Source of the DNA: Pseudomonadota bacterium
Lineage (GTDB): Bacteria > Bdellovibrionota > Bdellovibrionia > Bdellovibrionales > Bdellovibrionaceae
Reading direction: 5' to 3'
DNA: 64,000 nt
Assembly (NCBI GenBank): GCA_041178425.1
Contig: JBEGVH010000030.1
Location: forward strand, 64,001-128,000
The stretch's first letter is position 1. Each line of letters starts with the position of its first letter. Below, piece by piece: positions 30,139-38,334 of the stretch. The notes beneath the pieces are model-generated. The model was not told where the DNA came from, did not search any database, and worked only from the letters and a program-made list of their open reading frames with translations. The position numbers and the translations under genes are program-made.

Positions 30139-30810
30139 TCAATCCATTGGTGGAGGGGGGGGAGGTGGTGGCTGAAAGCCAGGGTCTATGTCATCAAATC
30201 CACCACCCTCGGGCATTGGAGGAGGCGGCGGTGGCGGTGGAATATCATCACCGAAATCAGGAATCTCTTCAACAGGGGGCGGGATATAGGGAGGAATAGC
30301 TCCTCCACCATAGCCGCCACCGAATCCTCCACCCGTAGAGGAGGCTTTGCTGCCAAGAAGCTTTCTTTTATTATAGGGAACGCGATTCGCTTCGGAATTT
30401 TCCAGCCCATATTCCCTAATTTCAAACGCCAGCGCTTTTTTATCCCTGGCAAAATTTTTCTTTTGTAGACGTTCAACCGTGGCAGCCTTCTCTTGGCTCA
30501 TTCGCCATTCCCACTTTTGCAAAAGATACTCATCGTAGGCAGGAGTGTCTTCGGGCTTCACTCTTTTTTGACTGGCTTTCTGTTTGAGAAACTCTTCTAA
30601 TTCTTTTTCTCTTTGCTGCTTGGCTTTTTTTCTGTCGTCGAGCAATTGATTGAGGCCATTATCTCGCTGATCCTCATACCTTTCTTGAATGAGCTCGAAC
30701 TCATCGAAGGACTTTATTTTTTCCCGTAGAGATTGGGCATCGGTCACTTCTTGCCCCAATGCCAATCGACTCGTTAAAATCGTGAAACAAAGCCAAAACA
30801 CCAACTTCAT
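30139..30810 (-). CDS. Secreted hypothetical protein: coiled coil with Gly/poly-Pro acidic tail
   Basis: Signal peptide ending ALG; charged helical middle; PPPPPPPP runs at the C-terminus. Confidence 0.7.
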   Translation of the reverse strand: MKLVFWLCFTILTSRLALGQEVTDAQSLREKIKSFDEFELIQERYEDQRDNGLNQLLDDRKKAKQQREKELEEFLKQKASQKRVKPEDTPAYDEYLLQKWEWRMSQEKAATVERLQKKNFARDKKALAFEIREYGLENSEANRVPYNKRKLLGSKASSTGGGFGGGYGGGAIPPYIPPPVEEIPDFGDDIPPPPPPPPMPEGGGFDDIDPGFQPPPPPPPPMD

Positions 30811-30923
30811 AATAACTCATAATTTATCATCAATTGGCGCTTATCGTCGAGTCCATAACCGTATAAAACTTCGACAAAACCTACAACTTAGCCTGGACTT
30901 TTATCTATTTGTGGCCCAAGGGC

Positions 30924-30950
30924 TAAATACGACATATTTAGTTCCGATAC
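30924..30950 (+). promoter_or_regulatory. Putative sigma28 (FliA) promoter
   Basis: TAAA (30924-27)-N15-TCCGATAC (30943-50), then AGGAG RBS and ATG 30973. Confidence 0.65.
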
Positions 30951-30972
30951 TTATCATAGGAGACCTAAGAAC

Positions 30973-32907
30973 ATGGATTACAGCGTATTTGACATGCTTC
31001 TAGAGCCTGTATTCGTATTGAACGAAAAAGGTGCTGTTTTATACTTGAACTCGGCAGCGTCTCAGATGACGGGCTTATCAGAAAGAAAGTTTTTGAAAGC
31101 TTCTCACTTTCTCGATGTAGTAAAGTTGAGCGCTGAATTGCCCGAACTGATGAAGCTAAAAAATTCCTCTGAGGCTATCCCCTACCGCGAGCTCGACTTC
31201 GCCGTCGAAAACGGAAAAAATGGAAGAGTGCAAATTGGTCTCGTTCCAAAAAAAGACCACGAGACTATTCACTGGATTATGTACTTTCGTGACGTGACCC
31301 TTGAGAACACCTTGCACCAAAAATACAAAGGGGAACTAGAGCAAAAAGAGATTTACACTCGACAACTGGAGCAGGCGCACAAGGAGCTGGGAAAGTATTC
31401 AGAGGGACTCGAAAAAATGGTCGATGAGCGCACTCGCGAACTGCAAAATTTGAATACAACGATGAGGGCTCTCCTTGATTCTCTTGATCAAGGCTTTTTT
31501 ATTTTTGATAAAAACGGACAGTGCCTTAATGTTTATTCCAAATCCTGTGAGTTCCTCTTGGGAGAAACTCCTGCTGACCTTCCTTTTTGGGAAGCTATCA
31601 AGGCCGACAAACAAGATTATGGACTCATCAAAAAATGGATTGCTAACATCTTTTCCCAAGCTCTTCCATTTAGCTCTCTCGTTCCACTCGGACCCGAAAA
31701 AGTCAATTCTTCGCAGGCGAGAAGTATTTCACTCAATTATTATCCCATTATCGATAGCAATCAGACCATCGAAGCCGTGGTGGTGGTAGCCACAGATCGC
31801 ACCGATTTGGTCGCTGCGGAAAAGGCCGCCGAAAGAGAAAAAGCGTACAGTCAAATGATCATCAATGTGATCAGACGAAAAAAAGAAATCACTCGCTTTA
31901 TTTTTGATGTGCAAAAACTCTTGGGAGAATTAAGCGAATCCATTGAGAATCATTACAAATTTCAGATCCAAACAGCTCTCCGCTGTCTTCATACTATCAA
32001 GGGTGGCGCTTCGAGCTTTGCAATTTATGATTTAGCTCAGAGCTGCCACGAAACGGAACAGCTCCTTATTGAGATTCAAAAAGACGGTCTTGCAAAAGAT
32101 GGACTTGAGATTTTAAACGAACATTACAACAAAGTTCGGTACGAATTTCAGGCTTTTCTAAAAACAAATGAAGTATTGCTCGGCAACGAAGTTATTCATG
32201 GCAAAAAGTCTGTTGAGATCCCTATTGAAACACTCTCCGGTTTTTTAAAATCAATCAAAACCGACGAACACATTTGCGAGCGAGTCAGAGAGTTTGAAAG
32301 AGATATTTTTTATGTACCAATAAAGCAATTCCTCGACAACTTCGAAGAAACTACTCAAGCACTCGCCATGAAACTTGGCAAAAAACTCAAACCGATGATT
32401 ATCGAAGGTGGCGAAACCCCTATTCATCGCGAACACTATTCAGAAATGTTCACAACCCTCATTCATCAACTCACCAATGTTGTTGATCATGGAATCGAGA
32501 ACCCAATTCTTCGCCGATTCCACCATAAAGAAGAGAGTGGCCAAATTACGATCAAGGTAAGTGTTGAGCCCTCAGACTCCTTTATCAGTGGCGCAAATCT
32601 TGTTCTACAAATTATTGATGACGGCCAGGGGCTAGATCCGCGAAAAATCCGTGATCGCCTCTCTACAAAAGGAATTGCCTCTGATCGCCTAACAGACGAT
32701 GAGGTGCTGCAATTTATCTTCAAAGGCAACCTATCTCACACGGATCAGGTGAGCCAGATCTCTGGCCGTGGAATTGGGATGGAAGCTATTATGCACAAGG
32801 TTCTAGATCTAGGAGGCACGGCCCGAGTGGAGTCTATTCCACTCAAAGGCAGTACGCTCACAATTAAAGTTCCCTATATTATGGACGAAGTCCGCTTGAG
32901 TGCTTAG
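30973..32907 (+). CDS. CheA-like histidine kinase: PAS-coil-PAS-Hpt-HATPase, no CheW domain
   Basis: PAS motifs; Hpt LHTIKGGA; N box NVVDHGIE; DDGQG; CheA-type SQISGRGIGM; ends right after the ATPase domain. Confidence 0.85.
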   Translation: MDYSVFDMLLEPVFVLNEKGAVLYLNSAASQMTGLSERKFLKASHFLDVVKLSAELPELMKLKNSSEAIPYRELDFAVENGKNGRVQIGLVPKKDHETIHWIMYFRDVTLENTLHQKYKGELEQKEIYTRQLEQAHKELGKYSEGLEKMVDERTRELQNLNTTMRALLDSLDQGFFIFDKNGQCLNVYSKSCEFLLGETPADLPFWEAIKADKQDYGLIKKWIANIFSQALPFSSLVPLGPEKVNSSQARSISLNYYPIIDSNQTIEAVVVVATDRTDLVAAEKAAEREKAYSQMIINVIRRKKEITRFIFDVQKLLGELSESIENHYKFQIQTALRCLHTIKGGASSFAIYDLAQSCHETEQLLIEIQKDGLAKDGLEILNEHYNKVRYEFQAFLKTNEVLLGNEVIHGKKSVEIPIETLSGFLKSIKTDEHICERVREFERDIFYVPIKQFLDNFEETTQALAMKLGKKLKPMIIEGGETPIHREHYSEMFTTLIHQLTNVVDHGIENPILRRFHHKEESGQITIKVSVEPSDSFISGANLVLQIIDDGQGLDPRKIRDRLSTKGIASDRLTDDEVLQFIFKGNLSHTDQVSQISGRGIGMEAIMHKVLDLGGTARVESIPLKGSTLTIKVPYIMDEVRLSA

Positions 32908-32928
32908 TAGTGCACAGGCGGCGGCCGA

Positions 32929-33744
32929 CTATGCTTCAGCGACTATATAGGCAATCCAGCTTAAGCAGGCTTCGCCTTCACTGCTGGCACTAAAAACCCC
33001 ATTGCCTGTTCCGTCTCTTTTGGTGCCTTCCCAATAAACGGTCGTCTTTTTAAATCCGACCTCTTCAAGAATATCTCTGAGCTCAGGAATGGTCCACATG
33101 CGCCAATCGTAGCTAAACACTCGCTCGATCTTTGGTTTTCCATGAGGACGAAAATGAATATAAAAATGCGCCCGATGAGAAATTGGATCGAAATCAACCT
33201 GTTCCCAATAGTAAGTGAAAGATTTATGACGGGTCGATTCCTCGTTACCGTCTTGGCAGAGACTACCACCAAAGCAATCCACCACAAAAATACCGTCTCT
33301 GTTAAGAGACTTCTTGGCTCTCATAAAATACTCTTTCATTCGAGCGCGAGTTTTGAAGACAAAATAAGAAAAGTTTGCGGCAACTACAATGTCGGCCTTC
33401 GGCAACATCGGACTTAGAACATCTTTTTGAATGATACTAACGCGTCTTTGCTCATCGCCATTGAGTTTTGTAAGATAATTCTCTTTGCCGTAGCTCAATG
33501 GTTCCGGATCGAGATCTACGCCAATGGCTTTGAAGTTCTTGTTAAGCTTAACCCACTCACAAGAAAGCCCAAAAGTGCCGCAAAAATCTTCACGAAAAAC
33601 TTGCGGTAACTTACCTCGAAGAGAACGGTAAGTGTCCCTATAGAATACAACATCAGTCTCGGCCGATTGCACCGATTTGCGATAGTATTCATATTTATCG
33701 AAATTATGTTCCCCGTGAGATCCTTTTTTATGTAATCGACTCAT
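32929..33744 (-). CDS. Class I SAM-dependent methyltransferase
   Basis: REDFCGT...GVDLDPEPL motif I/II pattern; TAATG coupling to the E1 beta stop. Confidence 0.8.
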   Translation of the reverse strand: MSRLHKKGSHGEHNFDKYEYYRKSVQSAETDVVFYRDTYRSLRGKLPQVFREDFCGTFGLSCEWVKLNKNFKAIGVDLDPEPLSYGKENYLTKLNGDEQRRVSIIQKDVLSPMLPKADIVVAANFSYFVFKTRARMKEYFMRAKKSLNRDGIFVVDCFGGSLCQDGNEESTRHKSFTYYWEQVDFDPISHRAHFYIHFRPHGKPKIERVFSYDWRMWTIPELRDILEEVGFKKTTVYWEGTKRDGTGNGVFSASSEGEACLSWIAYIVAEA

Positions 33745-34799
33745 TATGGAACCTCTGCGCATATTTCGCGAATAGCATCGGCAATTTCAAAAGCCTGCGG
33801 AACAGAGGCATCCTCTAGTTTAGCCGCAAGACCAATCCCAGGAACATTTTTTCCAGCTAATACTCTTGGTTTTGCCAAAAGGTGGTAAAAGAGATCTTGA
33901 ACCGCTCGGTAAACGAGGTGTTCACCAAAGTTTGTTACCTCGGTATCTTCGTTGACAACTAACAGTCGCCCCGTTTTTTCGATGGAAGCCTTAATGCAAG
34001 CCCAATCGTAAGGGTAAATTGTTCGAAGGTCGATGACCTCCACAGAATAACCCTGTTGCTTTAGTTCATCAGCGACTTGATTGCATAACAAAAGATGTCG
34101 GCCATAGCTAACCACCGTGATTTGTTCACCCTGTCGGGTAATATTCGCTTTTCCGATGGGAATAAAGTGCGGTTGCACTTCAGGCCAACGAGCTTTCCAT
34201 TGGGTTCGATCACCAATGGGAGCATCGATCATTGCCTTGAGGTCTTTTTCAGATTCAGGCTCTCCAGGTATTAATTCATCGCCTCTCACTCTCATTAAAG
34301 CCTTCGGTTTGAGAAAGAGAACAGGGTTTGGATCTTGAATGGCCGATAACAATAAACCGTAGGCATCCGCGGGCGTTGATGGCATGACCACTTTCCAACC
34401 GGCCAATCGAGAAGCCCAAGAATCGAACGAATGGCTATGATAGATGGAGCCACGAATTCCAGCTCCAACCGGAGTCATAACAACCATCGGTAAGTGATAA
34501 TTTCCATTGGTAACCCAGTTTGTGTTTCCGGCCATCTTCAAGAGATCAATCGTGTTAAAAATGTAATCACAAAACTGAATTTCAGCGACACATCGTTCGC
34601 CAGCCATGGCAATTCCCATGGCCATTCCAATGATACCCCTTTCGTCGAGCGGAGCGTTCCACGTCGTTTCAAGACCTTGAGTGGCAGTGAAAACTCCTCC
34701 CAATGGAGCACCAACGTCTTGACCAAAAATATCTTTAACCTCTAAATGTTTTTCACCATAGTGGAGCGCCATACGAATGGCTTGAGCCATATTTGCCAT
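33744..34799 (-). CDS. 2-oxoacid (probably branched-chain) dehydrogenase E1 beta subunit
   Basis: FGQDVG, PLDERGI, AEIQFCDY, HSHS, IDLRTIYPYD and KTGR; TAATG coupling to E1 alpha. Confidence 0.9.
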   Translation of the reverse strand: MANMAQAIRMALHYGEKHLEVKDIFGQDVGAPLGGVFTATQGLETTWNAPLDERGIIGMAMGIAMAGERCVAEIQFCDYIFNTIDLLKMAGNTNWVTNGNYHLPMVVMTPVGAGIRGSIYHSHSFDSWASRLAGWKVVMPSTPADAYGLLLSAIQDPNPVLFLKPKALMRVRGDELIPGEPESEKDLKAMIDAPIGDRTQWKARWPEVQPHFIPIGKANITRQGEQITVVSYGRHLLLCNQVADELKQQGYSVEVIDLRTIYPYDWACIKASIEKTGRLLVVNEDTEVTNFGEHLVYRAVQDLFYHLLAKPRVLAGKNVPGIGLAAKLEDASVPQAFEIADAIREICAEVP

Positions 34800-35887
34800 T
34801 AGAAATTTCTCCAATCTGCATTTTCGTTGTTAACGTAGGTGTGATCCCAAATGGTTGAACCCTCTGGAAAGGGTTCTTTACGCACGTCTTCGGCTATTTT
34901 TGCGGCCTGGCCCTCGTAAGTTTCAAAGAGAAGTTGAGCTTCTTGAGACTTTAAATACCCAGCATCAATTAATTTTTTCTCAAAAAGAGTGAGGCAGTCA
35001 TCTTCGCTTTTGACAAAGTTTGCTCCGCTGGCTGACGAGTGACCATAAAGACGAGAAACTTGGGCTTCAATAAAGGCCGGTTTTCTTGTTTTACGAATGT
35101 ACGCCATGGCCTCTTGCACCTTTAAATAAGATTCAACAGGATCATTTCCATTGATTGTCTGCGCCGGCATATTAAATGCTCGCGCACGATCAGCAATATG
35201 AGTTTCTCCGTGCTGACCATCAAAACTCGTAGAGATTCCCCAACGATTATTTTGAACAGTGATAAGCAATGGAAGCTCTCTCCCTTTGCGCGAAGACCAT
35301 ACCAAACAAGAGGCGAAATCTCCCTCTGCTGTTCCTGCGTCACCACCCGTAACAATCGTAAGCCCTTTTCCGCCGTGTCGCTTTTGCACATGAGCGGTTC
35401 CTAGAGCTTGAATATATTGAACTTCAATGGGCGAAGAGACGGGAGCCACATTCCATTCAGGAAAACAGTAATGATTAGAAAAGTTACGGCCACCAGTGCA
35501 ACGATCAGTGGAACGATTCATTATTAAACGAATAGAATCAACCATGGGCATTCCCATGGCCAATAATGTTGGCGTGGCTCGATAGTGCATGTGCAACCAA
35601 TCGTGCATCGGGCCCTGCCCCTTATTCACCAATAACCCTAATGGTACGCCCCATGCTTCTTCACCAGGAGCACCAATCCAAAAGTAGGCGTCCCCGGCCT
35701 TGTAAATTTTTATCAGACGCTCTTCAAGCGCACGACTCTGAATCATCATATCATGCATTCTCAAAAGGAGCCCTTTATCGAGCCCTGAGAAACTTGGCTT
35801 TTTCGCTGGCTTCGTTGCCTGCTTTTTAACAACTTTGCCTTTTTTCACAATGGCCGTATTTTTCTTTTCTACGCGTGTTTGTGCCAT
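34799..35887 (-). CDS. 2-oxoacid (probably branched-chain) dehydrogenase E1 alpha subunit
   Basis: TPP motif GDAGTAEG...NNRWGIST; RLYGHSS; GGAGG upstream. Confidence 0.9.
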   Translation of the reverse strand: MAQTRVEKKNTAIVKKGKVVKKQATKPAKKPSFSGLDKGLLLRMHDMMIQSRALEERLIKIYKAGDAYFWIGAPGEEAWGVPLGLLVNKGQGPMHDWLHMHYRATPTLLAMGMPMVDSIRLIMNRSTDRCTGGRNFSNHYCFPEWNVAPVSSPIEVQYIQALGTAHVQKRHGGKGLTIVTGGDAGTAEGDFASCLVWSSRKGRELPLLITVQNNRWGISTSFDGQHGETHIADRARAFNMPAQTINGNDPVESYLKVQEAMAYIRKTRKPAFIEAQVSRLYGHSSASGANFVKSEDDCLTLFEKKLIDAGYLKSQEAQLLFETYEGQAAKIAEDVRKEPFPEGSTIWDHTYVNNENADWRNF

Positions 35888-36050
35888 CCTACATTTACCT
35901 CCAGCTTCACAGAGCCATAGGGGTTTAGGCCTAATCTTATTGCTTAAGAATAATATCTGGTTTTAGAGTTTTGTCGAGTTTCACCCGTAATTTCAAGGGA
36001 TTATTTTGCCTTGGCGCAAAGGAGTGACGTGATTCTTTACAAAAGAAACT

Positions 36051-36080
36051 AAAAAGGGGCTTTCTCTCGAAGCCCCCTTT
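36051..36080 (-). terminator. Intrinsic terminator after prc
   Basis: Minus strand GGGGCUU-CGAGAGA-AAGCCCC-UUUUU immediately after the stop. Confidence 0.75.
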
Positions 36081-36082
36081 GA

Positions 36083-38149
36083 TTACTTGGTTTCAATGGC
36101 TTTTACTGAGGCCGATTTACTTGGCTTAGTATCGGTATTTTTTGCTGGGATAAACGGGTCTGGCTTTTGACCATTTTCTAGACTCACAAGATCCGCTAAA
36201 ACATTGAGAGATTCCTTGATGTCAGCACGCCCCAAATATTCTTTCTCTCGCTCTTCTTTCGGAGCTGTTTTGTTGGCCTTTGCTTTTTTCTGCTTTTCTG
36301 CGGTTACCTCTTTATCTTTGAGGATTTCAGCAATTTTTATCAACTTGCCAGCTTTTTGCGCCTTGGTGAAATCCTCTTGGATTTTCTTGAAGTCAGAGTC
36401 TTGCTTTACTCGTTGCTCCGACTTTTCTTTTAACACAGACACCCAGTTGGTATCGATCGGCTTCCAGGCTCCAGGCCCATCCTTTACATAAGCTTCTTTG
36501 GAAACAAAGTTAGCGATTTTTTTAGGTGGCAGAGAATACTCTAAACTTTTCTCACCAATCTCTTCGCTATTCCAAAGACTTGGCCACTTGATATCGGCCT
36601 CAACACCGCGATGCTGGGTGCTATTACCACCAGGAATAAAAAACATTCCAATTGTTACCTTAAGGGCGCCAAGGTCTTGCGGAATACGAACAACAGTTTG
36701 GATGCTTCCTTTTCCAAAGGTATGATCTCCGCCAACAATGACCGCTCGTTTATAATCCTGAAGCGTTCCCGCAACAATTTCAGAAGCACTCGCACTAATG
36801 CGAGTTCCCAACACAACGAGTGGACCAGAAAAATCGACCGTTGGATCGACGTCAGCCAAGGCCAGCTCTCCGCGGTGTGCATCTCTTGAAGATTGTTTTA
36901 CTACATTGCCAGTTTTGAAAAAGAGCCCTGCAATTTTAACGGCATCTTCTAAACTTCCACCACCATTTGAGGATAGATCGAGAACGATACCATCCACCTT
37001 TTTCTTTTCAGCTTCTACTAGAAGCTTTTTCATGTCTGCTGCGCTTGAACGACCGCCACCCGCATAAAATGATGGGAGATTAATAACTCCTAAGACTTTC
37101 TTCTGACCATTAATAACGCGATCAAGGTAGTAGATATTTGCAGCTTCATCTTCGAGCTTAATTTTATCTCGCACTAGTGTAACTTCAAACTTTTCCTTTT
37201 TGTCTGCATTTTTTCTGAGAATCAAAAGCTTTACTTTTGTTCCCTTCTTACCACGAATGCGAGACACCACATCTCGAAGATCCAATTCAATAACATTCTC
37301 GAGCTTTCCTTCTTCACCTTGAGCCACAGCAACAATTTTGTCTTGAGGCTGAATCTGTCCAGAACGAGCAGCAGCCCCACCAGGAACAAGAGCTTCGACA
37401 ACAGTAAATCCGTCTTGAGAACTTAAAGTGGCACCAATACCTTCAAGGCTTAAGCTCATTTGAATATCAAAGTCTTCTTCAACTTCTCTTGAAAAAAAAC
37501 TTGAGTGTGGATCTAAAGCTCGTGCAAAACTATCAAGATAGTCAGCATAAATGTCGCCCATTTTTTTATCTTGTGTTCTCTTTAAAAGGCGTTCGTAGTT
37601 TCTCACCACATTACCGCGAGCTTCATCGAGCTTGACGTCAGTAATGAGATAGTTGGCCACTTGAAAATTAATATATTTTTTTAAAAATTCATTAATTTCA
37701 GCCGATGTTTTGCTATAGGGGCGCTTATCAGGATCGAATTCAAACTCAATGCTCGAATCGACCTTAAATTTGTCATCGAGAAGTTTTTTGGCAAACTCCA
37801 CTCTTTCGGCAACTCGTTCAACGTAACGCTTTTGAATCAATTCTAAAAAAGAACAATCGTAGCTCTTAACTTGGTCAAAAACTTTGCTCATCAATTGCCG
37901 AATGTAATCAACATCCGCTTGAGTAAAAAATATTTTAGATGAATCTAATCGCTTTATATACTGCTCTATTAAGTGATCGCGAAGTTTACTGTCTGCCGAC
38001 TGAATGCTGATATGCTGGTCGAGATACCCTTTTTGAATGGGGTAAATGAACTTACAACTTAGCCCCTCTTCGACAAGTTGCGCATGAGAAATCGAGGCAC
38101 TTAGTAAAAAGAAGAGAGTTAGGCCAAGCTTACGAAATGTAGATTTCAT
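36083..38149 (-). CDS. prc: Carboxy-terminal processing (tail-specific) protease, S41A
   Basis: LDPHS, SLEGIGA, PDZ domain, DL..NGGG, SASASEI and TFGKG; signal peptide. Confidence 0.92.
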   Translation of the reverse strand: MKSTFRKLGLTLFFLLSASISHAQLVEEGLSCKFIYPIQKGYLDQHISIQSADSKLRDHLIEQYIKRLDSSKIFFTQADVDYIRQLMSKVFDQVKSYDCSFLELIQKRYVERVAERVEFAKKLLDDKFKVDSSIEFEFDPDKRPYSKTSAEINEFLKKYINFQVANYLITDVKLDEARGNVVRNYERLLKRTQDKKMGDIYADYLDSFARALDPHSSFFSREVEEDFDIQMSLSLEGIGATLSSQDGFTVVEALVPGGAAARSGQIQPQDKIVAVAQGEEGKLENVIELDLRDVVSRIRGKKGTKVKLLILRKNADKKEKFEVTLVRDKIKLEDEAANIYYLDRVINGQKKVLGVINLPSFYAGGGRSSAADMKKLLVEAEKKKVDGIVLDLSSNGGGSLEDAVKIAGLFFKTGNVVKQSSRDAHRGELALADVDPTVDFSGPLVVLGTRISASASEIVAGTLQDYKRAVIVGGDHTFGKGSIQTVVRIPQDLGALKVTIGMFFIPGGNSTQHRGVEADIKWPSLWNSEEIGEKSLEYSLPPKKIANFVSKEAYVKDGPGAWKPIDTNWVSVLKEKSEQRVKQDSDFKKIQEDFTKAQKAGKLIKIAEILKDKEVTAEKQKKAKANKTAPKEEREKEYLGRADIKESLNVLADLVSLENGQKPDPFIPAKNTDTKPSKSASVKAIETK

Positions 38150-38296
38150 GAAAACCCCTTTTAATCCGCTTCAGGATACCAGAAACTCAGAACAAAACTA
38201 AAATCATTTAATTAATCGCGACCTTAGCGCAGATTCAAAAAACTAGCAACTCCTAGACAAAGGCAGGTTCAAAAATAAGATTTATTTAAAGATTCT

Positions 38297-38324
38297 TAAG
38301 CCCCCTGGGGCAACAGGGGGCTTA
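38297..38324. terminator. Strong hairpin just after the topA stop (terminator or stabiliser)
   Basis: TAAGCCCCCTG-GGGCAA-CAGGGGGCTTA, 11-bp perfect stem; weak U-tract in the topA direction. Confidence 0.6.
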
Positions 38325-38334
38325 CTTTTACAGA

